Notes: generated from the letters alone by a model not told the origin. A DNA stretch of 64,000 bases from Candidatus Limnocylindria bacterium (GCA_050692175.1 JBOGTG010000045.1:66675-130674); one strand, 5' to 3'. Counted from the first letter of the stretch, positions 27,312-40,904 are shown. Numbers and translations are program-made.

Positions 27312-28426
27312 AAGCGTACCGGGGGGCTGCGCCCCCCGAGAACCCCCCAACTCGAGCTTCAATCACTGAGCTCGAGGAGCGGATCGCGGCACTACCGCCG
27401 GACGCGCGCGCGGCGGCCGAGCGCATCTTCTCCGTTTCGAGCACCGCCAGCCGTCTCGTCCCGCCGCCAGAGATGCATGACTGGATCACGAAGCAGTTCG
27501 GGTCGGTGGAGGCGGTGACGACGCAGCAGATCGTCCGCGTGACGAATCGGGTGCTACTCGAAGGCGCTCTCTTCAACGACCTTCGCGCGCGCCGGCCCAG
27601 CGAGGTCAAAGGGGCCGACGAGGTACGCGAGACGATCGAGCGCTCGCGCGACGATCCGTTTTGCCATCCCGAGACCGGAACACCAGCGGACACCTTCGGC
27701 CGCATCAAGGGGGACCACGGGATCACGGCGTCGAACATCGCCAAGTACGACGCCTATCACGGTCTCCTCGTCTTCGACGAGCACGATCCTCTGGCTCCGA
27801 TGAACGCGAGCATCATCCGCGATCGCCTGCTCACCGCGCGCCGCTGGGCCCTCGCCGCCAACGACGAGGACCCAAGCGCGAAGTACTACTTCATCATTTG
27901 GAACTGCCTCTGGCGCGCCGGTGGCTCGATCGTGCATGGCCATATGCAGATGACGGTCACCCGCGGCATGCATTACCCGCGCGTCGAGATGCTTCGCAGA
28001 CGCTCGCTGTCTTACGACGAGCAGCAGGGACGCGACTACTTCGACGACCTATGGCTCGTCCACGAGGCGCTTGGGCTGGGACTGGTGCATGAGGGAGCGC
28101 GCGTGTTTCCTTCGCTTACGCCGATCAAGGAGAGCGAGGTCATCATCCTCGGCCGCCCGGGGGAGGACGAAAGCGCGCTCGCCGGCGCGATCGCGCACGT
28201 CATCGCCAAGTACCGCGAGCAGGGCGTCGTTTCCTACAACCTCGCGTTGCTGCTTCCGCCCCTGTCCGCGGACGGTAACGACTGGCGCCGCTTTCCGCCT
28301 CACGCCCGCCTCGTAGACCGCGGCGACACCGCGAACAAGACCAGCGACATCGGTGGAATGGAGCTCTACGCGGCGAGCGTGGTCGCCGCGGACCCGTTCC
28401 GGCTGGCCGAGTTGCTACGCGGTTAG
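27307..28426 (+). CDS. GalT-like HIT-superfamily nucleotidyltransferase/phosphorylase (HxHxQ motif), translationally coupled to glgA
   Basis: ATGA overlap with glgA stop; SIVHGHMQM HxHxQ active-site motif and DPFCHPETG Cys/His motif as in GalT/ADP-glucose phosphorylase branch; reported ORF start 26813 is Arg-rich junk. Confidence 0.55.
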
Positions 28427-28450
28427 AGAGCTTTCGACCCCACCGCGCTA

Positions 28451-28478
28451 TTGACGCTCGCTTTGTCCCTTGCATAGT
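28451..28478 (+). promoter_or_regulatory. candidate sigma70-like promoter TTGACG-N16-CATAGT upstream of NUDIX-like gene
   Basis: Sequence match only; overlaps the first codons of reported ORF 28477, favouring a downstream start (28561). Confidence 0.2.
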
Positions 28479-28560
28479 GTGCGACAAAGTGGCCGAACAC
28501 TCATTCGTTTCTCGGCGAGACAACACCTTCCGCGAGTACCCACCCGCGTCCGCTCAGCTC

Positions 28561-28941
28561 GCGATGATCATCCCGTTCTACGGCGAGCTCACGGTATGGA
28601 TTCGCAAGCCCGACGCCGCCGGCTGGCACTTCCCGACAAGCGGACGCAAGGCGGGCGAGACCATCCTCGAGGTGGCCAAGCGCGAGCTCTGGGACTCGGC
28701 CCGGATCGTTCCGCCCCGTCTCGACCTGCTCGGAGCGATTCGTTACCAAACCCCGAAGAACACGACGGCGTACGTGTACATGTGCGAGGTCAGCCACCTC
28801 GCGTGGTGGTACGACGCGCCGGAGAAGGACCGGGTTGCCGAGATCGGCGTCTTCCGAACGCTGCCGGCGCCGCTGGCCTCGCGATCGGTCGAGGTCGTGC
28901 TTGAAGCCGCGCTCCGCGCCCGTCGCACCGGCCTCCGCTAA
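28561..28941 (+). CDS. NUDIX-like hydrolase with degenerate Nudix box
   Basis: SGRKAGETILEVAKRELWDSARI approximates Gx5Ex7REuxEExGu with substitutions; 127 aa from Met29. Confidence 0.4.
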   Translation, partial: AMIIPFYGELTVWIRKPDAAGWHFPTSGRKAGETILEVAKRELWDSARIVPPRLDLLGAIRYQTPKNTTAYVYMCEVSHLAWWYDAPEKDRVAEIGVFRTLPAPLASRSVEVVLEAALRARRTGLR

Positions 28942-29021
28942 GGCAACGGCTCGGTAACACTCGCTCCCAGAACTGCCTGGACCTGCCTGATGGCACCCCG
29001 TATGCGGCCCGACGCAACCTC

Positions 29022-29204
29022 GTGATCGACAAAGAATCCGAGCGCGCTGTCACCAGCTGGCTTCGCCTTGGAGACCGTGTGACCGGGCGCAAGCCCGTCG
29101 ACGGACGCTGCGATAGGTGCGGTGGAACGGGATACGTGACTCTCATCGAGAAGCAGCGTCTCTGCGCTCGGTGCTGCCTCGAAGGCGAAGCGGGGGCGTC
29201 CTAG
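29022..29204 (+). CDS. possible small Cys-rich ORF (60 aa)
   Basis: CDRCGGTGY...CARCC pattern; overlaps 3' end of M23 peptidase gene on the other strand; weak. Confidence 0.2.
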   Translation: MIDKESERAVTSWLRLGDRVTGRKPVDGRCDRCGGTGYVTLIEKQRLCARCCLEGEAGAS

Positions 29205-29968
29205 CCGAAGAGTCGGGAGACCGCGCGCACGAGCAGGTCGCCGCTCAAATCGTCGCCGTAGAAGGCGTCGCCGACTCGCACCTCGAAGTGGAGGTGCGGC
29301 CCGCCCTGCGGATAGCCTGAGCTTCCAACCTGGCCGATCAACACGCCCGCTTCGACCTTCTGTCCAACGGCGAGCGGCTCCACCGCGGAGAGGTGCGCGT
29401 AGCGCGTCATCAGGCCCTTTCCGTGTTCGATCCATACCTGACGTCCGCGGATGCGGTCGAGCGTCGCCGCGGGCGTGTATCCAAGCGTGAGCGCCTCGTA
29501 TAGCGCGATGTCCTGCTCCTCGCGGTTCCAATCGAGGAAGCTCAGATCGACGCGAGCCACCGTCCCGCTCGCGGCAGCCAGGACGGGCGTTCCGTCGGGG
29601 GCGGGAAAGTCGATTCCCTCGTGGAGGCCGCCTCGGTAATCGCGTGCCGCGCCGGGCAGGAGCTCGGCGTCCGTGGGGATGTCGCCGCCTTCAATTGGCA
29701 GCGCGAAGAGTCCCCAGAGGCGGACATTGGTCCGCGCGCCGCGCTCGCCGATATCGGGCGGGATCGTCTCGACGGCGGGTATGGCCGTGTGGCGGGGTGT
29801 CGGTGTCGCACGCGCAAGCTCTGGCCCCGAGCCCGATGCGGTCACCGCGACGGCACCGAAGAGGACGACGCCGAGGATCGCGAGGATGATCCGCACGGCG
29901 GCCCACGCTACCGCCGAAAGCGTGCCAACCAAGCGCAATGCGGTCTCATCAAACCTATACTTCGCCAA
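29201..29968 (-). CDS. M23-family peptidoglycan metalloendopeptidase, membrane anchored
   Basis: N-terminal TM; HEGIDF and [14 protein letters not shown]23 zinc motifs. Confidence 0.8.
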   Translation of the reverse strand: MAKYRFDETALRLVGTLSAVAWAAVRIILAILGVVLFGAVAVTASGSGPELARATPTPRHTAIPAVETIPPDIGERGARTNVRLWGLFALPIEGGDIPTDAELLPGAARDYRGGLHEGIDFPAPDGTPVLAAASGTVARVDLSFLDWNREEQDIALYEALTLGYTPAATLDRIRGRQVWIEHGKGLMTRYAHLSAVEPLAVGQKVEAGVLIGQVGSSGYPQGGPHLHFEVRVGDAFYGDDLSGDLLVRAVSRLFG

Positions 29969-30555
29969 GCGCCACCACCTTTAAGGACCGGTCCTGTGAG
30001 GCCGGGAAGGAGCGCCAGACGGCCACGCTGCTCGGAGCGGACGACGTCCGCAGGGCCATCATGCGGATCGCGCACGAGATCGTCGAGCGCGACCGTGACC
30101 TCTCCCTTCTCGCCATTGTCGGTATTCGCGCGCGCGGTGACGCGCTCGCAGCTCGCGTCAAAGCCGCGATCCGGGCGAACGAGGGGTTCGACGTACCGCT
30201 CGGCGCGATCGACATCACGCTCTACCGCGACGACCTGACTCGAATCGGATACGCGCCGGTCGTGCGCGAGTCGGAGATCCCGTTCTCGGTCGACGGTCGC
30301 GTCGTCGTGCTCGTCGACGACGTGCTCTTCACGGGCCGCACCATCCGCGCCGCTATGGACGCACTCGTCGACTACGGCCGGCCTCGCGCCATCCGCCTGG
30401 CGGTCCTCGTGGACCGGGGGCATCGGGAGCTTCCGATCCGAGCCGACTTCGTCGGTAAGAACGTGCCCACCGCGGCCGGCGACGACGTCCGCGTGCATCT
30501 CGCCGAGGTCGACGGCCGCGACGAGGTCGAGATCGTGACGAGGGTGCCCGCATGA
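29938..30555 (+). CDS. pyrR: bifunctional pyrimidine operon regulator / uracil phosphoribosyltransferase PyrR (true start uncertain)
   Basis: [15 protein letters not shown]...DITLYRDDL...[21 protein letters not shown] PRTase motif; the PyrR-box motif lies at codons ~16-26 of the ATG-29938 reading. Confidence 0.85.
   Translation: MRSHQTYTSPSATTFKDRSCEAGKERQTATLLGADDVRRAIMRIAHEIVERDRDLSLLAIVGIRARGDALAARVKAAIRANEGFDVPLGAIDITLYRDDLTRIGYAPVVRESEIPFSVDGRVVVLVDDVLFTGRTIRAAMDALVDYGRPRAIRLAVLVDRGHRELPIRADFVGKNVPTAAGDDVRVHLAEVDGRDEVEIVTRVPA
29983..30012 (+). promoter_or_regulatory. PyrR-binding-loop-like RNA motif (GGACC-GGUCCUGUGAGGCC) followed by GGGAAGGAG Shine-Dalgarno-like sequence
   Basis: GUCCUGUGAGGCC matches PyrR binding consensus RUCCNGNGAGGYU at 12/13; flanked by GGACC/GGUCC stem; lies within the first 26 codons of the reported pyrR ORF. 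Confidence 0.5.
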
Positions 30556-31544
30556 AGTGGACGCGTCGTCACATCCTCGACACCGATGACTGGTCGCGAT
30601 ATGAGATCGAGACCGTCCTCGATCAGACCCGGGCGATGGTCGAGATCCTCGGCCGGCCTATCCGCCGTGCCCCGCCGCTTCGCGGACGGACGGTCATCCT
30701 GTTCTTCGCGGAGGCGTCGACCCGCACGCGTGTCTCTTTCGAGCTCGCCGCGAAGGCGCTGTCCGCCGACGTGACGAACATCACGGCAAGCGGGTCGTCG
30801 GTCGAAAAGGGCGAATCGCTGTACGACACCGTTCGGACGCTGCAGGCGCTCGGCGGAGACGTCGTCGTCATGCGACATGCCTCATCGGGTGCTCCCTACT
30901 TCGTCGCCGAGCGGACCGACGCCGCCGTGATCAACGCGGGCGATGGATGGCATGCGCACCCGACGCAGGGACTTCTCGACGCGTACACGCTTCGCGAGGC
31001 GCTGGGGGACCTGGATGGCAAACGGGTCGTCATCGTCGGCGATGTTCTGCACAGCCGAGTGGCCCGTTCGGACATGAACACGCTCGTACCACTCGGCGCT
31101 CGCATCACCCTTTCAGGACCGCCGACGCTCATCCCGATCGCGTGGCGGTGCGGGCAGCTGCCGCCGGGCGTGACCTACGAGTCCGATCTCGACCAGGCGC
31201 TCGACGGCGCCGACGCAGTGATCGCGCTTCGGCTTCAGCGCGAGCGTCAGGAGACGGGGTTGCTGCCGTCCCTTCGTGAGTACTCGCGCGTCTGGGGCCT
31301 CACCGCCGATCGGGTTGAGCGCATGCGACCCGGAGCAAAGGTATTGCACCCCGGTCCGATGAACGAAGGGGTCGAGATCGACGCCGGCGTCGCGCACGGG
31401 AGCAGCTCCCTCATCGAGAAGCAGGTTACGAACGGAGTGGCGGTGCGCATGGCGCTTCTCTATTTGCTGGCTGGGGCCCCTGCCCCATCAGGGGCCCCAG
31501 CCCCTGGGGATAGGGGCCCCCTTGCCGATGGAGACAACGCATGA
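30552..31544 (+). CDS. pyrB: aspartate carbamoyltransferase catalytic subunit
   Basis: STRTR carbamoyl-phosphate motif, HPTQ, overlapping pyrR stop. Confidence 0.95.
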   Translation: MKWTRRHILDTDDWSRYEIETVLDQTRAMVEILGRPIRRAPPLRGRTVILFFAEASTRTRVSFELAAKALSADVTNITASGSSVEKGESLYDTVRTLQALGGDVVVMRHASSGAPYFVAERTDAAVINAGDGWHAHPTQGLLDAYTLREALGDLDGKRVVIVGDVLHSRVARSDMNTLVPLGARITLSGPPTLIPIAWRCGQLPPGVTYESDLDQALDGADAVIALRLQRERQETGLLPSLREYSRVWGLTADRVERMRPGAKVLHPGPMNEGVEIDAGVAHGSSSLIEKQVTNGVAVRMALLYLLAGAPAPSGAPAPGDRGPLADGDNA

Positions 31545-32770
31545 CGGTCGATCGACGCGCGCTCGAGGAGAAGGGCTATCTCGTCGTCCCTGGGTTCATC
31601 GATCTGCACGCGCACCTCCGCGAGCCCGGGTTCGAGGATTCCGAGACGATCGCCTCCGGCGCGGCCGCCGCTCTACGTGGCGGGTTCACCACCCTGTGCG
31701 CGATGCCCAACACCGAGCCGGCGATCGATTCGCCCGGGATCGTCGCCGAGCTCATCGCGCGCGGCCGGTCGGCCGGCGGAGCGCGAGTGCTCCCGATCGC
31801 GGCGATCACCCGGGGGCGCGAAGGCCGCGAGCTCGCCGACCTCGTGGAGCTCGCGGCGGCTGGCGCGGTGGCCTTCTCTGACGATGGATCGCCGGTGGAG
31901 GATGCCCGCCTCTTCCGCAGCGCTCTCGAGTACGCGCGGGTGACCGGCCGGCCGGTCATCGAGCATCCGCAGGACCTGGCCCTTACGGCGAAGGGCGTCA
32001 TGCATGAAGGAGCCATTTCCGCGCGCCTCGGCTTGCCGGGCATGCCGGCGGCGGCCGAAGAGGCCGCGGTCGCCCGCGACATCGCGCTCGCGACGATGAC
32101 GGGGGCGCGCCTGCACCTGACGCATCTCTCCACGGCAGGCTCGATCGAGCTTGTCCGACGCGCGAAGGCCGACGGTGCGTCGATCACCTGCGACGTCACG
32201 CCGCATCACCTCGCCATGACCGACGACTGGGTCGCGGGCTCGCGCGCGTTCGCGTGGGAGGTCCCCGACGAAGCGCTGCAGGTCGCTCCCTACGACTCGT
32301 CGACGAAGGTCAATCCGCCGCTTCGCGGTCACGCGGACGTGCGAGCGCTGTGGGCGGGGCTCGAGGACGGGACAGTCGACGCGATCGCGACCGACCACGC
32401 GCCGCATGCGTCGGTGAAGAAGGACGTCGAGTTCGATCAGGCCGCCTTTGGGATATCGGGTCTCGAGATCGCGCTCGCTCTCGTGCTCGGCGGAGTCCGT
32501 GTCCACTGGGCAGCCCTCGGAACCGTCATCGATGCCCTGACCATCGGACCCGCGCGCGTGCTCGGCATCCCGCTTCGCGAAGACGACTGGATCGCGATCG
32601 ACCGCGACGCGGAGTGGCTCGTAACGGCGGGCGAGCTCGTCTCGAAGGGAAAGAACACGCCGGTCCTCGGACGGACGGTCATGGGTCGGGTCGTGCACGT
32701 CTCGCTCGCAGGAGAAACGAAGCTTGGTGGAAGGCGGGTAGGGGATGCCGAAGCGGTCGCCCGTCGCTGA
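31541..32770 (+). CDS. pyrC: dihydroorotase
   Basis: PGFIDLHAHLREPG metal-binding motif; overlaps pyrB stop. Confidence 0.9.
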   Translation: MTVDRRALEEKGYLVVPGFIDLHAHLREPGFEDSETIASGAAAALRGGFTTLCAMPNTEPAIDSPGIVAELIARGRSAGGARVLPIAAITRGREGRELADLVELAAAGAVAFSDDGSPVEDARLFRSALEYARVTGRPVIEHPQDLALTAKGVMHEGAISARLGLPGMPAAAEEAAVARDIALATMTGARLHLTHLSTAGSIELVRRAKADGASITCDVTPHHLAMTDDWVAGSRAFAWEVPDEALQVAPYDSSTKVNPPLRGHADVRALWAGLEDGTVDAIATDHAPHASVKKDVEFDQAAFGISGLEIALALVLGGVRVHWAALGTVIDALTIGPARVLGIPLREDDWIAIDRDAEWLVTAGELVSKGKNTPVLGRTVMGRVVHVSLAGETKLGGRRVGDAEAVARR

Positions 32771-32822
32771 CCTCGAGGGACAATTGCATCTTTATGCATC
32801 GGACACGTATAGTTATGCACCG

Positions 32823-33953
32823 ATGACCAGGGCGGCGGTCCTCGGACTGGAAGACGGCTCGACGTGGTGGGGAGAGGCGTTCGGCGACGGATCGCCGGCG
32901 TCAGGCGAGGTCGTGTTCAACACCGCGATGACCGGCTATCAGGAGATCGCCTCCGACGCCTCGTACAACGGACAGATCGTCGTCCTCACGTACCCGCTCA
33001 TCGGCAACTACGGGACGTTCGAGCGCGCCGCAGAGAGCCGGCGTCCGTGGGTCGAGGGGCTCATCGTCCGCGAGCTCGTCGGCACGTGCCGCGAGGGGAC
33101 GATCGATCTCGAAGCCTACCTCCGGTCGTACGGTGTGCCGGGGCTCGTCGGCATCGACACGCGCGCGCTGGTCCGTCGCCTTCGCTCCAAGGGCACGCTG
33201 CGCGGCGCGATCCTGCAGGTGCCGCCGCACCGCTCGCAGAGTGAGGACATCGCACGCGAAGCCGTCGCGACGGCGCGCTCGATCCCGGCGCTCGCCACGA
33301 AGCCGCTGGTGGTCGAGTCGACCGGCCTTGAGCGGCAGGTCGGGAGCGGCCCCAAGGTCGCGCTCCTCGACACCGGCGTGAAGGAGAACCAGATCCGCTG
33401 CCTCGTGCAGAAAGGCGCGACCGTGAGGGTCTTTCCGGCGACAGCGACGGCGCGCGAGATCCTTTCGTGGTCGCCGGACGGCATCGTCATCTCGAATGGA
33501 CCGGGTGACCCGGCGGCGATCCCGCAGATCGCGGCCGCGACGCGGACGGTCCTCGATGCCGCGTCGTCGCGAGGTATGAACCGCGCGCTCCCGATTCTCG
33601 GGATCTGCCTGGGTCATCAGCTCGTTGGCCGCGCGATCGGCGCGACGACGTCGCGCCTACCGTTCGGCCATCACGGCGCGAACCATCCGGTGCAGGACCT
33701 CCGCACCGGCCACGTCGCGATCACGAGCCAGAACCACGAGTTTCAGGTGGACGAGGCGTCGATCCCATCCGACTCGGGATTCGTCGTCTCGGCACGGAAC
33801 CTGAACGACGGGTCGGTCGAAGGTCTCGCCCACGAGCGGCTTCCGATCCGTACCTATCAGTACCACCCGGAGGGCGCGCCCGGACCGAAGGATAACGAGC
33901 CGGTCTTCGACGCGTTCCTCGACGACGTTCGCGAGGCGGTTTCGCGCAAGTGA
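32823..33953 (+). CDS. carA: carbamoyl-phosphate synthase small (glutaminase) subunit
   Basis: GICLGHQL class-I glutamine amidotransferase Cys, His-Glu near C-terminus; start taken at MTRAAVLGLEDG. Confidence 0.9.
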   Translation: MTRAAVLGLEDGSTWWGEAFGDGSPASGEVVFNTAMTGYQEIASDASYNGQIVVLTYPLIGNYGTFERAAESRRPWVEGLIVRELVGTCREGTIDLEAYLRSYGVPGLVGIDTRALVRRLRSKGTLRGAILQVPPHRSQSEDIAREAVATARSIPALATKPLVVESTGLERQVGSGPKVALLDTGVKENQIRCLVQKGATVRVFPATATAREILSWSPDGIVISNGPGDPAAIPQIAAATRTVLDAASSRGMNRALPILGICLGHQLVGRAIGATTSRLPFGHHGANHPVQDLRTGHVAITSQNHEFQVDEASIPSDSGFVVSARNLNDGSVEGLAHERLPIRTYQYHPEGAPGPKDNEPVFDAFLDDVREAVSRK

Positions 33954-34791
33954 CGCGGTACGAGTACCGGCTGGTCGACGTCTTCACCGACAAGGCCTTC
34001 GGCGGTAATCCGCTCGCGGTCTTCCGTGAGCCGGGGAAGCTGGACGACAAGACGATGCAAGCGATCGCGAAGGAGCTCCACCTGTCGGAGACGACGTTCG
34101 TGCTCCGACCGACCTCGTCCGCGGCCGACCATCGCCTGCGGATGTTCACGCCGGACGCAGAGCTCCCGTTCGCGGGGCATCCGACTCTCGGCACGGCCTA
34201 CGTCCTCGCCGACGGCAAGGACGGCGCCATGCGTCTCGAGGAGGGCGTCGGCGTCATTCGCGTAACCCTGCGCGAGGGCTTCGTGCAGATGGAGCAGCCG
34301 CTGCCCACGTTCACCGGAACGACCCTCACGCGAAAAGCGGCGGCCGATGCGCTCGGGATCGCGATCGAAGAGGTGCGGAGCGATGTGCCGATCCAGGTGG
34401 GGTCATCCGGCAACCCGTTCCTGTTCGTGCCGCTCAGCAACCTCAAGGCTGTCCGCCGGGCGCGCCGCCCGAGCGGACTCGACGCGAGCGTGTACGTCTT
34501 CGCGATGAGCGGCGAGCGGTCCGGCTCGCACGTCCACGGTCGCATGTTCGATCAGGGGTTGGGTATCGGCGAAGACCCGGCGACCGGCTCGGCTCAGGGT
34601 CCGCTCGGCGCGTACGTTGTGGTTCACGAGCTGGTGCAGGCGGCGCCCACGACGCGCATACGTGTCGAGCAGGGTTTCGAGATCGGACGACCGAGCATCC
34701 TCGAGATCGAGGTCGATCGAACCGGCGCTGCAGTCACCGCTGTCCGCGTCGGAGGTCGCTGCGTTCCGATGGGCGGCGGCTGGCTCGACAT

Positions 34792-34795
<4 letters not shown>
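33950..34795 (+). CDS. PhzF-family (phenazine-biosynthesis-like) isomerase, embedded between carA and carB
   Basis: [20 protein letters not shown] ... SETTFVL ... PFLFVP PhzF/YddE motifs; GTGA overlap with carA stop and ATGA overlap with carB start. Confidence 0.8.
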
Positions 34796-38076
<3,281 letters not shown>

Positions 38077-38104
38077 CCCCGGCCAGCCCGGAGTGAAAAC
38101 GAGG

Positions 38105-38524
38105 ATGGGCGGACCCTGGATGACCGCTGAGGAGTACGGCCGGACGCTCGCCGGGCTCTCAGTGAACCTCATCGTGCGCGACCCCGGGCGGAGCCTCTCC
38201 TTCTACACGGATGTGCTTGGGCTGCGCGTCCTCTACTCGGACGCGGATTTCGCCGCGCTCGAAGGCGCGGGCGTCAAGCTCCAGCTCCATGCGGATCACA
38301 CCTACGAGCGCATGCCATGGGCGTCGCGCCTCGCCGAGCCGGGAAAGCGCGGGCTCGGTGCCGAGATCCGCATTCTTGGCATCGACCCCGACGCGGCGGA
38401 GCGTCGCGCCCGCGACGGGGGCTTCACCGTCCTCGTCCCGGTGCGCGACTGGCCGCACGGCTGGCGCGACTGCGTGCTCGAGGATCCAGATGGCTATACC
38501 TTCGCTGTCGGAGTCCCGCAGTGA
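38105..38524 (+). CDS. VOC-family (glyoxalase-like) protein embedded between carB and pyrK
   Basis: LSVNLIVRDPGRSLSFYTDVLGL ... DPDGYTFAV; stop overlaps pyrK GTG. Confidence 0.6.
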   Translation: MGGPWMTAEEYGRTLAGLSVNLIVRDPGRSLSFYTDVLGLRVLYSDADFAALEGAGVKLQLHADHTYERMPWASRLAEPGKRGLGAEIRILGIDPDAAERRARDGGFTVLVPVRDWPHGWRDCVLEDPDGYTFAVGVPQ

Positions 38525-39351
38525 TCCTCGAGGACGGACGCGTCGTCGCGACAGCCGAGATCGGACAGCTCGGCACGGTGCTGCGGATCTCCGCGCCAGG
38601 AATCGCGGCCCAGGCGCGCGCCGGACAGTTCGTGCACGTCCGCCCCGGTCCCTCGTTCGAACCGCTCCTGCGGCGACCGTACTCCTTCAACCGTATCGCG
38701 CGCGATGCCCGTGAGATCGAGTTGATCGTCAAGCCCCTGGGGCCCGGCGGCGACTGGATCAGGTCGCGCCGAGAGGGTGATGCGCTTGACCTGCTCGGTC
38801 CGCTCGGGTCTTCGTTCGTCATCCAGCGCGGCACCCGCAACCTGGTCCTCGTCGCGGGCGGTACCGGCATCGCCCCGATGCGTGTTCTCGCGGAGCAGGA
38901 ATCCGCGCGGCGGAACGTAACGCTGCTCATGGGCGGGCGTTCGGTCGCGCATCTCTGGCCGAGCGAGCTCCTCCCGCCCGGCGTCGAGTACGTCACCACC
39001 ACCGAGGACGGGTCGTTCGGCATCAAGGGACGCGTGACCGATGCGATCGGGCCGCTTCTCGAGTGGGCGGATCAGATCTGCGCGTGCGGTCCGTGGCCGA
39101 TGCTCGCGGCGCTCGGACGCATCCGCGAGAACGCGGCACGGGCCTCCGCGACGTACCCGGGACGCACCCCTCTCCTGGAAGCGCAGATCGCGGTAGAGCA
39201 GCACATGGGCTGCGCGATGGGTGTGTGCCGCGCCTGCGTCGTGGTCACCGCGCAGGGAAATGCGCGCGTGTGCCGCGAGGGTCCGGTCTTCGCGCTCGGT
39301 GACATCGCGTTCGATGAAGGCGAGCCGGCGACGGTCAGGATCATGGCCTGA
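38521..39351 (+). CDS. pyrK: dihydroorotate dehydrogenase electron-transfer subunit
   Basis: RPYS FAD motif, GGTGIAPM, C-terminal Cys cluster CACGPWPM...CAMGVCRAC. Confidence 0.85.
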   Translation: MILEDGRVVATAEIGQLGTVLRISAPGIAAQARAGQFVHVRPGPSFEPLLRRPYSFNRIARDAREIELIVKPLGPGGDWIRSRREGDALDLLGPLGSSFVIQRGTRNLVLVAGGTGIAPMRVLAEQESARRNVTLLMGGRSVAHLWPSELLPPGVEYVTTTEDGSFGIKGRVTDAIGPLLEWADQICACGPWPMLAALGRIRENAARASATYPGRTPLLEAQIAVEQHMGCAMGVCRACVVVTAQGNARVCREGPVFALGDIAFDEGEPATVRIMA

Positions 39352-40616
39352 TGCCCTGGCGCCGTTTCCGCAAGAAAGTCGAGCGCCCGATCGATGTGAG
39401 CAAATCCATCGAAGAGTCCCTTGAGGACGCGGCGAACGGCGAAGCCGAAGAGGACCTCGCCGAGCTCGCCGAGCTCGACGATGCCACGATTGCCGAAGCC
39501 GCCACGGGGGAACCGGACGACGACCGCGCGCCGACCGATCTCGGCGACAAGCTCCGCGAAGCGTTCGACAGCGACGCGCCGCATCGCGTGGGTCTTCCTC
39601 GCTCGGCCCCTCGTGGGATCGCGATGGACCGCCGTCCAGGGGCCGCTCGCTCGGAAGACCCCCACGCTGCGTCGCGTTTGTATCCCGAGCTTGGCGTCGA
39701 TCTCGAGGTTGAGGCCGCGCGCGGTCTTCGTCTGAAGAACCCGGTGATGACGGCTTCGGGCACATTTGGGCAGGGCGTCGAGTACGCCGAGCTCATCGAT
39801 GTGTCGCGGCTCGGCGCGATCGTCAACAAGGGGACTACTCCAGCTGCGCGTCCGGGCAATCCTCAATACCGGATAGCGGAAACGCCGTCCGGCATCCTCA
39901 ACTCCATCGGCCTTGAGAATCCGGGTGCGGCCGAGGTCGCTCGCAAATACGGAAAGGCGTGGGCCGAGCTCGGCGTTGCGGTGATCGTGAACGTCGCGGG
40001 GTACAGCATCGACGACTACGTGTACGTCGTCCACGAGATGACAGGCACGCCAGGGGTCGTCGCGTATGAGATCAACGTTTCGTGTCCAAACGTCAAGGGC
40101 GGCATGTTGTTCGGCTGCGATCCCGACCTTGCCGCGGAAGTCACCCGAGCCGTCAAGGCGGAGACCGACCTGCCCGTGATCGTAAAGCTCACGCCGAACG
40201 CGCCCGACGTCGTCGCCGTCGCGCGCGCGTGCGAGGAGGCGGGAGCCGACGCGCTCACCGCGATCAACACAGTGCTCGGTATGCGGATCGACACAGCCCG
40301 GCGGCGCCCGATCCTTGGGACGGGGAGTGGGGGCCTCTCCGGTCCCGCGATCAGACCGATCGCCGTGCACATCACCTATCAGGTCGCGCAGGCGGTCAGC
40401 ATTCCGATCATCGGCGCGGGCGGCGTGACGAACGCGCAGGATGCGCTCGAGTTCCTCATGGCGGGGGCGTCGTCGGTGCAGGTTGGCACGGCCACGTTCG
40501 CCGACCCGCTCGCGCCGCTCAAGGTCATCGAAGGACTCGCTGCGTACGTCAAAGAGCGGGGCCTTACCTCGATCCGCGATGTGATCGGCGCGGCGCTTCC
40601 ACCGCGCGAGGACTAG
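39351..40616 (+). CDS. pyrD: dihydroorotate dehydrogenase catalytic subunit (class 1B) with ~95-aa acidic N-terminal extension (alternative start ~39624)
   Basis: LKNPVMTASGTFG, NSIGLEN, VKL..N motifs; ATG overlaps pyrK stop (TGATG); first 90 residues E/D-rich low complexity. Confidence 0.85.
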   Translation: MPWRRFRKKVERPIDVSKSIEESLEDAANGEAEEDLAELAELDDATIAEAATGEPDDDRAPTDLGDKLREAFDSDAPHRVGLPRSAPRGIAMDRRPGAARSEDPHAASRLYPELGVDLEVEAARGLRLKNPVMTASGTFGQGVEYAELIDVSRLGAIVNKGTTPAARPGNPQYRIAETPSGILNSIGLENPGAAEVARKYGKAWAELGVAVIVNVAGYSIDDYVYVVHEMTGTPGVVAYEINVSCPNVKGGMLFGCDPDLAAEVTRAVKAETDLPVIVKLTPNAPDVVAVARACEEAGADALTAINTVLGMRIDTARRRPILGTGSGGLSGPAIRPIAVHITYQVAQAVSIPIIGAGGVTNAQDALEFLMAGASSVQVGTATFADPLAPLKVIEGLAAYVKERGLTSIRDVIGAALPPRED

Positions 40617-40900
40617 CCGAGGGGTAGCGCCGCCTCCACCTGCCCTGCGATCTCGCGCGCCTTCAGCTTGATGTTCTCAAGCGCCGCGACTACGGCCGGA
40701 TCGACCCCTCGAGGGTCGGCCAGCGCCCCGACGAGCCGGTCGCTCGCCGCATCGAGGAGCCGCACAACATTTGCGAGCTCGTGCAGCGTCGGTGATGGCT
40801 CGAGATGCGCCGTGTAGTTGGTCGCGACCGAGCTCGCGAACGACGCGGCTCCCGCGGCAAGGGCGGCCCGCAAGAATTCGTTGCGATCGGTGGTGGCCAT
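40613..40900 (-). CDS. hypothetical helical protein (95 aa), possibly the downstream part of a frameshifted gene
   Basis: GGGAGGG SD 4 nt before ATG 40900; MATTDRNEFLRAALAAGAASF... Confidence 0.45.
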   Translation of the reverse strand: MATTDRNEFLRAALAAGAASFASSVATNYTAHLEPSPTLHELANVVRLLDAASDRLVGALADPRGVDPAVVAALENIKLKAREIAGQVEAALPLG

Positions 40901-40904
40901 GCAT

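Noticed and set aside
8820-30060. Genome-wide use of non-canonical start codons inferred from PE, pyrR and GHL10
   Set aside because: Three cases do not support a general claim. Most genes here have clear ATG/GTG starts with SD sequences, so each case is treated individually.
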